Notes under the pieces: model-generated | The model's database searches: none | The model's input: the letters and a program-made list of their open reading frames with translations, nothing else | What the model was told of the DNA's origin: nothing | Shown: positions 1-21,703 of the stretch, in pieces | How the letters are laid out: every line of letters starts with the position of its first letter | Position numbering within the stretch: the stretch's first letter is position 1 | Program-made: the position numbers and the translations under genes | From: Mycobacterium tuberculosis H37Rv | Lineage (GTDB): Bacteria; Actinomycetota; Actinomycetes; Mycobacteriales; Mycobacteriaceae | NCBI RefSeq assembly: GCF_000195955.2 | Contig: NC_000962.3 | Location: 1,860,001-1,892,000 of the forward strand | Reading direction: 5' to 3' | DNA length: 32,000 bases

Positions 1-2253
1 GAGATTATTTGTGGTGCAACCAATTTCGCGGTTGGTGATCTGGTGGTGGTAGCGCTGCCCGGTGCCACGCTGCCCGGTGGATTCACCATTAGCGCCCGCA
101 AGGCCTACGGTCGCAACTCCGACGGAATGATCTGCTCGGCAGCCGAACTCAATTTGGGCGCAGACCATTCCGGGATCCTGGTGTTGCCCCCCGGAGCCGC
201 CGAGCCCGGAGCTGACGGCGCGGGCGTGCTGGGGCTCGACGACGTGGTCTTCCATCTGGCCATCACCCCAGACCGCGGTTACTGCATGTCGGTGCGCGGC
301 TTGGCCCGCGAGCTCGCGTGCGCCTACGACCTGGACTTCGTCGACCCCGCCAGCAACTCGCGGGTGCCGCCGCTACCCATCGAGGGGCCAGCCTGGCCGC
401 TGACGGTTCAGCCCGAGACGGGGGTGCGCCGGTTCGCGCTACGCCCGGTCATCGGGATCGACCCCGCCGCGGTATCGCCCTGGTGGTTGCAGCGCCGACT
501 GCTGCTCTGCGGTATCCGCGCGACCTGTCCGGCGGTCGACGTGACCAATTACGTGATGCTCGAACTTGGCCACCCCATGCACGCCCACGACCGCAACCGG
601 ATCAGCGGAACCCTCGGAGTGCGGTTCGCCCGGTCCGGCGAGACCGCCGTGACCCTCGACGGTATCGAGCGCAAGCTCGATACCGCCGATGTCCTGATCG
701 TCGACGATGCTGCGACAGCGGCGATCGGCGGCGTGATGGGGGCGGCCAGCACCGAAGTGCGGGCCGACTCCACCGATGTCCTGTTGGAGGCCGCGATATG
801 GGACCCGGCTGCGGTATCGCGTACCCAGCGGCGGCTGCACCTGCCTAGCGAGGCCGCCCGTCGTTACGAGCGGACGGTGGACCCGGCCATCTCCGTGGCC
901 GCTTTGGACCGGTGCGCAAGGCTGCTCGCCGACATCGCCGGGGGGGAGGTTTCTCCCACCCTTACCGACTGGCGGGGTGACCCGCCGTGTGATGACTGGT
1001 CACCGCCGCCGATCCGGATGGGAGTCGATGTGCCGGACCGCATCGCCGGGGTGGCCTATCCGCAGGGCACTACTGCCAGGCGCTTGGCCCAGATCGGCGC
1101 GGTGGTGACCCACGACGGCGACACCTTGACCGTGACCCCGCCGAGTTGGCGACCTGATCTGCGGCAACCCGCAGACCTTGTCGAGGAGGTGCTGCGGCTT
1201 GAGGGGCTGGAAGTTATCCCGTCGGTGCTGCCACCGGCGCCCGCGGGTCGTGGACTCACCGCTGGGCAGCAGCGCCGTCGCACGATCGGCAGGTCGCTGG
1301 CGCTGTCGGGCTATGTCGAGATTCTGCCGACTCCATTTCTGCCGGCCGGTGTGTTCGATTTGTGGGGGCTGGAAGCCGATGACTCACGGCGCATGACCAC
1401 GCGGGTGCTCAACCCGCTGGAGGCCGATCGTCCGCAACTGGCGACCACGCTGCTGCCGGCCCTGCTGGAAGCCTTGGTGCGCAACGTGTCCCGAGGGCTG
1501 GTCGACGTCGCGCTGTTCGCCATCGCCCAGGTGGTCCAGCCGACCGAGCAGACGCGCGGTGTCGGGTTGATCCCGGTTGACCGGCGGCCGACCGATGATG
1601 AGATCGCCATGCTGGATGCCTCGCTGCCCCGGCAACCCCAGCACGTCGCGGCGGTGCTGGCCGGACTGCGCGAGCCTCGAGGCCCCTGGGGCCCGGGCCG
1701 CCCGGTAGAGGCGGCTGATGCGTTCGAGGCGGTGCGAATCATCGCGCGCGCCAGCCGCGTGGACGTGACCCTGCGGCCGGCCCAATATCTGCCGTGGCAT
1801 CCGGGCCGGTGCGCGCAGGTGTTCGTCGGGGAAAGCTCGGTTGGTCACGCCGGGCAGCTGCATCCCGCCGTGATCGAGCGCTCGGGTCTGCCGAAAGGCA
1901 CCTGCGCGGTGGAACTGAACCTAGATGCGATTCCGTGCAGCGCGCCGCTGCCGGCACCCAGGGTGTCGCCGTATCCGGCCGTGTTCCAAGACGTCAGCCT
2001 GGTGGTGGCCGCGGACATCCCCGCTCAGGCGGTGGCCGACGCCGTGCGCGCGGGGGCAGGCGACCTGCTGGAGGATATTGCGTTGTTTGACGTGTTCACC
2101 GGCCCGCAGATTGGTGAGCACCGCAAGTCGCTGACCTTCGCGCTGCGGTTTCGTGCGCCGGATCGCACCTTAACCGAAGACGACGCCAGCGCCGCCCGCG
2201 ATGCCGCTGTGCAAAGCGCAGCCGAACGGGTGGGTGCCGTGCTGCGTGGCTGA
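1..2253 (+). CDS. pheT: Phenylalanyl-tRNA synthetase beta subunit (3' part; start lies upstream of the window)
   Basis: Frame is open from base 1 ([21 protein letters not shown]...), so the track start at 43 is not the true start. tRNA-binding-like N-terminal segment, B3/B4-type and B5 segments ([19 protein letters not shown]), and a typical C-terminal FDX-ACB anticodon-binding domain ([27 protein letters not shown]...[20 protein letters not shown]). Confidence 0.95.
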
Positions 2254-2346
2254 ACCGACTCAGCACGCGTTCAACGAAAATTTGACGACGGCATTTCAGC
2301 GCGCCGCGTTTATACCTCGCCGCCCTGTCCGGGTAGCGGCGCCGCC

Positions 2347-7841
<5,495 letters not shown>

Positions 7842-7845
<4 letters not shown>

Positions 7846-8722
7846 GCCGCATCGAAGCACTGCCCACCCACATCAAAGCGCAGGTGCTGGCCGAGGCCCT
7901 GCCCTGGCTCAAGCAGTTGCACGGCAAGGTCGTCGTCGTCAAATACGGCGGCAACGCGATGACCGACGACACGCTGCGGCGCGCGTTCGCCGCCGACATG
8001 GCGTTTCTGCGCAACTGCGGCATCCATCCCGTCGTGGTGCACGGCGGGGGGCCGCAGATCACCGCCATGCTGCGGCGGCTCGGCATCGAGGGCGACTTCA
8101 AGGGCGGATTCCGGGTCACCACACCCGAAGTGCTCGACGTGGCCCGGATGGTGCTGTTCGGTCAGGTGGGCCGGGAACTGGTCAACCTGATCAACGCGCA
8201 CGGACCGTATGCCGTCGGGATCACCGGCGAGGACGCGCAGCTGTTCACCGCCGTGCGGCGCAGCGTCACCGTCGACGGCGTGGCCACCGACATCGGCCTG
8301 GTCGGCGACGTCGACCAGGTGAACACCGCGGCAATGCTGGATCTGGTTGCGGCGGGCCGGATCCCGGTGGTGTCCACGCTGGCCCCGGATGCCGACGGCG
8401 TGGTGCACAACATCAACGCCGACACCGCCGCCGCGGCGGTCGCCGAAGCCCTGGGCGCCGAAAAGCTGTTGATGCTCACCGATATCGACGGCCTGTACAC
8501 CCGCTGGCCGGATCGCGACTCGCTGGTCAGCGAGATCGACACCGGCACACTGGCGCAACTGCTGCCGACGCTGGAATCGGGCATGGTCCCCAAGGTCGAA
8601 GCGTGCCTGCGGGCGGTCATCGGCGGGGTGCCCAGCGCGCACATCATCGATGGGCGGGTCACACACTGCGTGTTGGTGGAGTTGTTCACCGACGCGGGCA
8701 CCGGCACCAAGGTGGTGCGCGG

Positions 8723-8726
<4 letters not shown>
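7842..8726 (+). CDS. argB: Acetylglutamate kinase
   Basis: 294 aa. [20 protein letters not shown] and MLTDIDGLY motifs. ATGA overlap with argJ. Confidence 0.96.
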
Positions 8727-11354
<2,628 letters not shown>

Positions 11355-11362
11355 GGAGAGTC

Positions 11363-14051
<2,689 letters not shown>

Positions 14052-14066
14052 GGGGGCCTCGAAACT

Positions 14067-14095
14067 TTGCCGGCCAGTTCCAGGCGGGCTAAACT
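14067..14095 (+). promoter_or_regulatory. Candidate promoter of pks10
   Basis: TTGCCG (14067-14072), 17-bp spacer, TAAACT (14090-14095). The same arrangement occurs before pks11. Confidence 0.5.
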
Positions 14096-14159
14096 TCGGG
14101 CTCTAGGCGACCCGGTTGAACCATTCGGCCTCGATGTGCGTGTCAAAGGGGTGGGACCA

Positions 14160-15221
14160 GTGAGCGTCATCGCAGGTGTGTTCGGCGCGTTGCCGCCGTA
14201 TCGCTATTCACAACGCGAGCTCACCGACTCGTTTGTCAGCATCCCGGATTTCGAGGGCTACGAAGACATCGTTCGCCAGCTGCACGCCAGCGCCAAAGTC
14301 AACAGCCGCCACCTGGTCTTGCCGCTGGAGAAATACCCGAAGCTGACCGACTTCGGCGAGGCGAACAAGATTTTCATCGAAAAAGCCGTGGACTTGGGCG
14401 TGCAAGCCCTGGCGGGGGCACTCGACGAGTCCGGTCTGCGACCCGAGGATCTCGACGTGTTGATCACCGCCACGGTCACCGGACTGGCGGTGCCGTCGCT
14501 GGATGCCCGGATCGCCGGGCGGCTGGGGCTGCGCGCCGATGTCCGGAGGGTGCCGCTGTTCGGGCTGGGCTGCGTGGCCGGGGCGGCCGGGGTCGCCCGG
14601 CTGCACGACTACCTGCGCGGGGCCCCGGACGGCGTTGCCGCGTTGGTCTCGGTCGAGCTGTGTTCACTCACGTATCCGGGATACAAGCCGACGCTGCCGG
14701 GCCTTGTCGGCAGTGCGTTGTTTGCTGACGGCGCCGCGGCGGTGGTGGCCGCAGGTGTGAAGCGCGCCCAGGACATCGGCGCCGACGGGCCGGACATCCT
14801 GGATTCGCGCAGCCATCTGTACCCCGACTCGCTGCGCACCATGGGATACGACGTCGGCTCGGCCGGGTTCGAGCTCGTCCTATCACGGGACTTGGCGGCC
14901 GTGGTCGAGCAGTATCTGGGCAATGACGTCACCACCTTCCTGGCTTCGCACGGCCTGAGCACCACCGACGTCGGCGCCTGGGTCACCCATCCCGGGGGAC
15001 CCAAGATCATCAACGCCATCACCGAGACCCTCGACCTGTCGCCGCAGGCTCTCGAGCTGACGTGGCGCTCGTTGGGCGAAATCGGGAATCTGTCGTCAGC
15101 GTCGGTGCTGCATGTGCTGCGTGACACCATCGCCAAACCGCCCCCCAGCGGAAGTCCCGGGTTGATGATCGCCATGGGCCCAGGCTTCTGTTCCGAACTC
15201 GTGTTGCTGCGCTGGCACTGA
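14160..15221 (+). CDS. pks10: Type III polyketide synthase (chalcone/stilbene synthase-like)
   Basis: 353 aa from GTG 14160 ([25 protein letters not shown]...). Active-site Cys in [11 protein letters not shown] (codon 138 at 14571). C-terminal [13 protein letters not shown]. The track start at 14067 lies inside the candidate promoter. Confidence 0.93.
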   Translation: MSVIAGVFGALPPYRYSQRELTDSFVSIPDFEGYEDIVRQLHASAKVNSRHLVLPLEKYPKLTDFGEANKIFIEKAVDLGVQALAGALDESGLRPEDLDVLITATVTGLAVPSLDARIAGRLGLRADVRRVPLFGLGCVAGAAGVARLHDYLRGAPDGVAALVSVELCSLTYPGYKPTLPGLVGSALFADGAAAVVAAGVKRAQDIGADGPDILDSRSHLYPDSLRTMGYDVGSAGFELVLSRDLAAVVEQYLGNDVTTFLASHGLSTTDVGAWVTHPGGPKIINAITETLDLSPQALELTWRSLGEIGNLSSASVLHVLRDTIAKPPPSGSPGLMIAMGPGFCSELVLLRWH

Positions 15222-15233
15222 TGCTGGATTCCG

Positions 15234-15289
15234 CGAGCGTAACGCCACTGCGCTATTCGGATCGCAATCTCGCAGTGACGTTACGCTCG
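15234..15289. other. Long intergenic hairpin between pks10 and pks7
   Basis: 19-bp arms with one mismatch: 15234-15252 cgagcgtaacgccactgcg and 15271-15289 cgcagtgacgttacgctcg, with an 18-nt loop. Confidence 0.85.
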
Positions 15290-15303
15290 GCGGACCTCGT
15301 GCC

Positions 15304-18300
15304 ATGAACAGCACTCCCGAAGACCTCGTCAAGGCCCTGCGCAGATCGCTCAAGCAAAACGAGCGACTGAAGCGAGAGAACCGGGATCTTCTTGCCCGGA
15401 CCACCGAGCCGGTGGCGGTGGTGGGGATGGGATGCCGCTATCCGGGTGGGGTGGATTCGCCGGAGACGCTGTGGGAGCTGGTGGCACACGGCCGTGACGC
15501 GGTTTCGGAGTTCCCGGCGGATCGCGGCTGGGATGTGGCGGGGTTGTTTGACCCCGATCCCGACGCGGTAGGCAAGTCGTATACCCGGTGCGGCGGGTTC
15601 TTGACGGATGTCGCCGGTTTTGACGCCGAGTTTTTCGGGATCGCACCCAGCGAGGCGCTTGCGATGGATCCCCAGCAGCGGTTGCTGTTGGAAGTGTCGT
15701 GGGAAGCGTTGGAGCGGGCGGGCATCGACCCAATCACGTTGCGGGGTTCGCAGACGGGCGTGTTCGCCGGGGTGTTCCACGGCTCGTATGGGGGCCAAGG
15801 CCGGGTGCCGGGTGACCTGGAGCGCTACGGGCTGCGTGGCTCGACGCTGAGCGTGGCCTCCGGGCGGGTGGCGTATGTGTTGGGCCTGCAGGGCCCGGCG
15901 GTGTCGGTGGATACCGCGTGTTCGTCGTCGTTGGTGGCACTGCATTTGGCGGTGCAGTCACTGCGCCTCGGCGAATGCGACCTGGCGCTGGTCGGTGGGG
16001 TCACCGTGATGGCCACCCCGGCGATGTTCATCGAGTTCAGCAGGCAGCGGGCGCTGTCCGCCGATGGTCGTTGTAAGGCCTATGCGGGTGCCGCCGATGG
16101 GACCGCGTTTGCCGAGGGCGCCGGGGTGCTCGTGCTGGCGCGGTTGGCTGACGCGCGCCGGTTGGGGCATCCGGTGCTGGCGCTGGTGCGCGGATCGGCG
16201 GTCAATCAGGACGGCGCCTCCAACGGGCTGGCCACGCCGAATGGGCCGGCGCAGCAACGGGTGATCACTGCGGCGCTGGCCAGTGCGCGGTTAGGTGTCG
16301 CCGACGTGGATGTGGTCGAGGGGCACGGGACGGGCACCACGTTGGGGGATCCCATTGAGGCGCAGGCGATTTTGGCGACGTATGGACAGCGGCCGGCCGA
16401 TCGGCCGTTGTGGCTGGGGTCGATCAAATCGAACATCGGTCATACGTCGGCGGCTGCGGGGGTCGCCGGGGTGATCAAGATGGTGCAGGCGATGCGCCAC
16501 GGCGTGCTGCCCAAGACGTTGCACGTGGATGTGCCGACGCCGCATGTGGATTGGTCGGCGGGGGCGGTGTCGTTGTTGACCGAGCCGCGGCCGTGGCACG
16601 TGCCGGGCCGGCCGCGGCGGGCCGGTGTGTCGTCGTTCGGGATCAGCGGCACCAACGCACATGTGATTCTGGAAGAGGCACCGGCAGTGGAACCGGTTGG
16701 CGCGGCCCATGGCAACGACCCGGTGGCGGTGCCGTGGGTGCTGTCGGCGAGGTCGGCGCAAGCGTTGACCAACCAGGCGCGACGGCTGTTGGCCTGGGTG
16801 GGCGCCGATGAGAACGTGCGCCCGCTCGATGTGGGGTGGTCGCTGGTCAACACCCGGTCGCTGTTTGATCATCGGGCCGTGGTCGTGGGCGCCGACCGCA
16901 CTCAGCTGATGGAAGGGCTGACGGGTCTGGCGGCCGGCGTGCCCGGCGCCGACGTGGTGGCGGGCCGCGCCCAGACGGTGGGCAAGACGGCATTCGTGTT
17001 CCCGGGCCAGGGCGCGCAGTGGCTGGGCATGGGAGCCCAGTTATGTGCTACCGCACCGGTGTTCGCCGAACATATCCATCGCTGCGAACGGGCGCTGCGT
17101 GAGCACGTGGAGTGGTCGCTGCTCGACGTGCTGCGCGGGGCACCCGGCGCACCGGGGCTGGATCGGGTGGATGTGGTGCAGCCGGCGTTGTGGGCGGTGA
17201 TGGTGTCGCTGGCCGAATTGTGGCGGTCGGTGGGTGTGGTTCCCGACGCGGTCATCGGGCATTCGCAGGGGGAGATCGCGGCGGCATATGTGGCGGGCGC
17301 CCTGTCGCTTCGGGACGCGGCTGCGGTGGTGGCACTGCGCAGCCGGTTGCTGGTGCGGTTGGGCGGTGCCGGCGGCATGGTCTCGTTGGCCTGTGGCCAG
17401 CCGCAGGCCGAGAAGTTGGCGTCCCAATGGGGAGACCGACTGAATATCGCTGCAGTCAATGGTGTCTCGTCGGTCGTGCTGGCCGGCGAGACGGATGCCG
17501 TGACGGAGCTGATGCAGCGATGTGAGGCCGAAGGCATTCGTGCCCGCAGGATCGACGTCGACTACGCGTCACACTCGGCGCAGGTGGACGCGATCCGGGA
17601 GGAGCTCATCGCGGCGCTGCGAGGTATCGAACCCCGTACTTCCACGGTGGCGTTCTTCTCCACTGTCACCGGCGAACTCATGGATACCGCCGGTGTGAAC
17701 GCCGAGTACTGGTACCGAAGCATCCGCCAGCCGGTGCAGTTCGAACGCGCCGTCCGCAACGCCTTCGACGGCGGATACCGGGTGTTCGTCGAATCCAGCC
17801 CCCATCCGGTCCTGATCGCCGGCATCGAAGAGACGTTGGTCGACTGTGATCGCGGCGCTACGGGTGAACCGATTGTCATTCCGACGCTGGGTCGCGATGA
17901 CGGCGGGGTGGGCCGGTTTTGGCTGTCGGCGGGGCAGGCCCACGTTGCGGGCGTGGGTGTTGACTGGCGTGCCGCGTTTGCCGACCTGGGAGGCCGCCGG
18001 GTGGAGTTGCCGACGTACGCGTTTGCGCGCCAGCGGTTCTGGCTAGACGGCCTAGGTGCTGTTGGCGGCGATCTGGGTGGTGTCGGCTTGGTGGGCGCCG
18101 AGCATGGATTGTTGGCTGCAGTGGTGCAACGGCCCGACTCGGGTGGGGTGGTGTTGACGGGCCGGATATCGGTGGTCGCTGCGCCGTGGCTGGCCGATCA
18201 TGCGGTGGGCCCGGTGGTGCTGTTCCCGGGCACGGGGTTTGTTGAGTTGGCCTTGCGGGCCGGTGACGAGGTGGGTTGTTCGGTGCTGCAGGAGTTGACG

Positions 18301-21300
18301 TTGCAGGCACCGTTGGTGCTGCCGGCAGATGGGGTGCGGGTCCAGGTGGTGGTGGGCGGCGTCGAGCAGTCGGGTACTCGGAATGTGTGGGTGTATTCGG
18401 CTGCCGGCCAGGCGGATTCGAGTCCGGGATGGACGTTGCACGCGCAGGGCGTGTTGGGGGTTGGCTCGGTGCAGCCGGCCGCGGAGCTGTCGGTGTGGCC
18501 GCCGGTTGGGGCACGGGCGATGGACGTCGCCGACGGGTATCAGGTGTTGGCGGCGCGGGGGTATGGGTATGGGCCGGCGTTTCGGGGTTTGCAGGCCTTG
18601 TGGCGGCGGGGGGCCGAGGTGTTCGCCGACGTCACTCTCCCTGAGGGTGTGCCGATACGGGGGTTTGGGATTCATCCGGCGGTGTTGGATGCGGCGTTGC
18701 ATGCGTGGGGAATTGTCGAGGGTGAGCAGCAGACGATGTTGCCGTTCTCGTGGCAGGGGGTGTGTTTGCACGCAAGCGGGGCTGCGCGGGTCCGTGTGCG
18801 ACTGGCGCCGGTGGGCCGGGGGGCGGTGTCGGTGGAGTTGGCCGATCCGCAGGGGTTGCCGGTGTTGTCGGTGCGGCAGTTGATGGTTCGTCCGGTCTCA
18901 GCGGCCGCGTTGTCGAGGTCGACCGCCGGCGACCGGGGATTGCTGGAGATGATCTGGACACCGGTGCCGTTGGAGGGCGGCGACATTGGCGACGACGCCG
19001 TGGTGTGGGAGCTGCCGCCTCACGCCGGCGCGCAGGCCGGCGGGGATGTGCTGGCAGCGGTGTACCGGGGTGTGCACGAGGTGTTGGAGGTGTTGCAGTC
19101 GTGGTTGGCTAGCGATGCGACCGGTCTGGGTGTGGTGGTGACGCGTGGGGCGGTGGGTCCGGTTGATGACGATGTCACCGATTTGGCGGGTGCTGCGGTG
19201 TGGGGGTTGGTGCGCTCTGCCCAGGCTGAACATCCGGGCCGGGTGGTGTTGGTGGATACCGATGGGTCGGTCGCTGTCGAGGATGCGGTTGGTTTCGGCG
19301 CACGCTCGGGTGAGCCGCAGCTGGTGGTTCGTCGAGGCCGGGTATATGCGGCACGGTTGGCCCCGGTAGCGGCCGGGTTGACTTTGCCTTCGGCGTCGGC
19401 TGGGGGCTGGCGGTTGGTTGCCGGTGGTGGGGGGACTTTGGCGGATGTGGTGGTGGCGCCCGTTGCTCCGGTGGAGCTGGCGACGGGGCAGGTGCGGGTG
19501 GCCGTGGGTGCGGTGGGGGTCAATTTCCGGGATGTGTTGGTGGCGTTGGGGATGTATCCCGGCGGCGGGGAACTGGGTGTCGACGGGGCAGGGGTGGTCG
19601 TTGAAGTCGGCCCGGGGGTAACCGGTTTGGCCGTTGGTGACCGGGTGATGGGGTTATTGGGGCTGGTGGGTTCGGAGGCGGTGGTGGATGCGCGGTTGGT
19701 AACCATGGTGCCGGCGGGCTGGTCGTTGGTGGAGGCAGCGGCCGTGCCGGTGGCGTTTCTGACGGCGTTTTACGGGCTGTCGGTGTTGGCGGAGGTCGCG
19801 GCGGGGCAGAAGGTGTTGGTGCATGCCGGCACCGGCGGGGTTGGTATGGCAGCGGTGTCGTTGGCGCGGTATTGGGGTGCAGAGGTTTTCGTCACGGCGA
19901 GTCGCGCCAAGTGGGATACATTGCGGGCGATGGGTTTTGACGATATCCATATCTCCGACTCGCGATCGTTGGAGTTCGAGGAGGCGTTTCTGCGGGCCAC
20001 CGAGGGCAGCGGTGTGGACGTAGTGCTGAACTCGCTCGCCGGTGAGTTCACCGATGCCTCGCTGCGGCTACTGCCCAGCGGTGGCCGCTTTATCGAGCTG
20101 GGTAAAACCGATATTCGCGACGGGCAGACGGTGGCCGAGCGGCATCGGGGGGTGCGGTATCGGGCGTTCGATTTGGTCGAAGCCGGCCCAGACCGCATTG
20201 CGGCGATGCTTTCCGAGGTAGTGGGGTTGCTAGCGGCCGGAGTGTTGGCGCGGTTGCCGGTCAAGACTTTTGATGCGCGATGCGCCCCGGCGGCCTACCG
20301 GTTTGTCAGTCAGGCCCGTCATATCGGCAAGGTCGTGTTGACCATCCCCGATGGTCCGGGTGGGCAGTCCGGGTTGGCGGGGGGCACCGTGGTGGTCACT
20401 GGGGGGACCGGCATGGCCGGTTCGGCGGTGGCTACCCATTTGGTCCGGCGACATGGGGTGGCCAATCTGGTTCTGGTCAGCCGAAGCGGTGAGCAGGCCG
20501 ACAGGGCGGCAGAAGTCGCGGCCCTGTTGCGCGAGGGCGGGGCCCAGGTGGCGGTGGTCTCCTGTGATGTGGCTGATCGTGATGCGCTGGCGGCATTGTT
20601 GGCGGGTCTGGATCCGCGCTATCCGCTTAAAGGGGTGTTTCATGCCGCTGGGGTGTTGGACGATGCCGTGATCACGGGCTTGACACCGGATCGGGTGGAT
20701 ACGGTGTTGCGGGCCAAGGTCGATGGGGCCTGGAATCTGCACGAGCTAACCGAGGACATGGATTTGTCGGCGTTTGTGGTGTTTTCGTCGATGGCCGGGA
20801 TTGTGGGCACACCGGCTCAGGGGAATTATGCTGCGGCGAATGCGTTTTTGGACGGGTTGGTGGCCTATCGGCGCTCGCGTGGGCTGGCCGGATTGTCGGT
20901 GGCGTGGGGACTGTGGGAGCAGGCCTCGGCGATGACCCGGCACCTCGGCGAGCGGGATCGCGCCAGGATGACGCAGGCCGGGCTCGCTCCGCTAACCACC
21001 GAGCAGGCGCTAGGGTTCCTGGACACTGCGCTGCAGGCCGATCGCGCGGTGGTAGTGGCGGCCCGGCTGGATCGTGCCGCGCTGGCCGGCGCTGGTGCTG
21101 CGCTACCGGCATTATTCAGCCAGTTGGCTGCCGGTCCGACCCGGCGGAGGATCGACGCCGCCGATACGGCGGTGTCGATGTCGGGCTTAGTCAGCCGGCT
21201 GCATGCGCTCACGCCCGAGCGGCGGCAGCGCGAACTCACCGATTTGGTGATCAGCAATGCCGCGGCGGTGTTGGGTCGTTCCAGCAGTGTCGATATCAAC

Positions 21301-21684
21301 GCTCACAAAGCATTCCAAGATCTCGGGTTCGATTCCTTGACCGCCGTGGAGCTGCGCAACCGACTCAAGACCGCCACCGGGCTCACGTTGTCGCCCACGC
21401 TGATCTTCGACTACCCCACGCCGGCCACGCTGGCCGAACACCTCGACAGCCGGCTAGTCACCGCCAGCGGTAGCGATCAACAAAGCCTGTCAGACCGTGT
21501 TGACGACATCACCCGCGAGCTAGTTGTGCTGCTTGACCAACCCGACTTGAGCGCCAACGTCAAAGCGCACCTGCGCACCCGCCTGCAAACCATGTTGACC
21601 AGCCTGACCACTGAAGACGACGACATCGCCGCCGCGACCGAAAGCCAGCTTTTCGCCATCCTCGACGAGGAACTCGGCTCCTAA
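15304..21684 (+). CDS. pks7: Type I modular polyketide synthase, one fully reducing module (KS-AT-DH-ER-KR-ACP) with methylmalonyl-type AT
   Basis: 2126 aa. [15 protein letters not shown] (Cys codon 15919-15921); AT GHSQGE plus DYASHS; [12 protein letters not shown]; [12 protein letters not shown]; [15 protein letters not shown] and LDD; [18 protein letters not shown] (Ser codon 21334). Confidence 0.95.
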   Translation: MNSTPEDLVKALRRSLKQNERLKRENRDLLARTTEPVAVVGMGCRYPGGVDSPETLWELVAHGRDAVSEFPADRGWDVAGLFDPDPDAVGKSYTRCGGFLTDVAGFDAEFFGIAPSEALAMDPQQRLLLEVSWEALERAGIDPITLRGSQTGVFAGVFHGSYGGQGRVPGDLERYGLRGSTLSVASGRVAYVLGLQGPAVSVDTACSSSLVALHLAVQSLRLGECDLALVGGVTVMATPAMFIEFSRQRALSADGRCKAYAGAADGTAFAEGAGVLVLARLADARRLGHPVLALVRGSAVNQDGASNGLATPNGPAQQRVITAALASARLGVADVDVVEGHGTGTTLGDPIEAQAILATYGQRPADRPLWLGSIKSNIGHTSAAAGVAGVIKMVQAMRHGVLPKTLHVDVPTPHVDWSAGAVSLLTEPRPWHVPGRPRRAGVSSFGISGTNAHVILEEAPAVEPVGAAHGNDPVAVPWVLSARSAQALTNQARRLLAWVGADENVRPLDVGWSLVNTRSLFDHRAVVVGADRTQLMEGLTGLAAGVPGADVVAGRAQTVGKTAFVFPGQGAQWLGMGAQLCATAPVFAEHIHRCERALREHVEWSLLDVLRGAPGAPGLDRVDVVQPALWAVMVSLAELWRSVGVVPDAVIGHSQGEIAAAYVAGALSLRDAAAVVALRSRLLVRLGGAGGMVSLACGQPQAEKLASQWGDRLNIAAVNGVSSVVLAGETDAVTELMQRCEAEGIRARRIDVDYASHSAQVDAIREELIAALRGIEPRTSTVAFFSTVTGELMDTAGVNAEYWYRSIRQPVQFERAVRNAFDGGYRVFVESSPHPVLIAGIEETLVDCDRGATGEPIVIPTLGRDDGGVGRFWLSAGQAHVAGVGVDWRAAFADLGGRRVELPTYAFARQRFWLDGLGAVGGDLGGVGLVGAEHGLLAAVVQRPDSGGVVLTGRISVVAAPWLADHAVGPVVLFPGTGFVELALRAGDEVGCSVLQELTLQAPLVLPADGVRVQVVVGGVEQSGTRNVWVYSAAGQADSSPGWTLHAQGVLGVGSVQPAAELSVWPPVGARAMDVADGYQVLAARGYGYGPAFRGLQALWRRGAEVFADVTLPEGVPIRGFGIHPAVLDAALHAWGIVEGEQQTMLPFSWQGVCLHASGAARVRVRLAPVGRGAVSVELADPQGLPVLSVRQLMVRPVSAAALSRSTAGDRGLLEMIWTPVPLEGGDIGDDAVVWELPPHAGAQAGGDVLAAVYRGVHEVLEVLQSWLASDATGLGVVVTRGAVGPVDDDVTDLAGAAVWGLVRSAQAEHPGRVVLVDTDGSVAVEDAVGFGARSGEPQLVVRRGRVYAARLAPVAAGLTLPSASAGGWRLVAGGGGTLADVVVAPVAPVELATGQVRVAVGAVGVNFRDVLVALGMYPGGGELGVDGAGVVVEVGPGVTGLAVGDRVMGLLGLVGSEAVVDARLVTMVPAGWSLVEAAAVPVAFLTAFYGLSVLAEVAAGQKVLVHAGTGGVGMAAVSLARYWGAEVFVTASRAKWDTLRAMGFDDIHISDSRSLEFEEAFLRATEGSGVDVVLNSLAGEFTDASLRLLPSGGRFIELGKTDIRDGQTVAERHRGVRYRAFDLVEAGPDRIAAMLSEVVGLLAAGVLARLPVKTFDARCAPAAYRFVSQARHIGKVVLTIPDGPGGQSGLAGGTVVVTGGTGMAGSAVATHLVRRHGVANLVLVSRSGEQADRAAEVAALLREGGAQVAVVSCDVADRDALAALLAGLDPRYPLKGVFHAAGVLDDAVITGLTPDRVDTVLRAKVDGAWNLHELTEDMDLSAFVVFSSMAGIVGTPAQGNYAAANAFLDGLVAYRRSRGLAGLSVAWGLWEQASAMTRHLGERDRARMTQAGLAPLTTEQALGFLDTALQADRAVVVAARLDRAALAGAGAALPALFSQLAAGPTRRRIDAADTAVSMSGLVSRLHALTPERRQRELTDLVISNAAAVLGRSSSVDINAHKAFQDLGFDSLTAVELRNRLKTATGLTLSPTLIFDYPTPATLAEHLDSRLVTASGSDQQSLSDRVDDITRELVVLLDQPDLSANVKAHLRTRLQTMLTSLTTEDDDIAAATESQLFAILDEELGS

Positions 21685-21703
21685 CCCCCCGCAAGGAACA
21701 CCA

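Noticed and set aside
14067-14159. 31-codon extension of pks10 (track start 14067)
   Set aside because: Covers the candidate promoter. Its residues have no counterpart in the closely related Pks11, which starts with the same [13 protein letters not shown] sequence.
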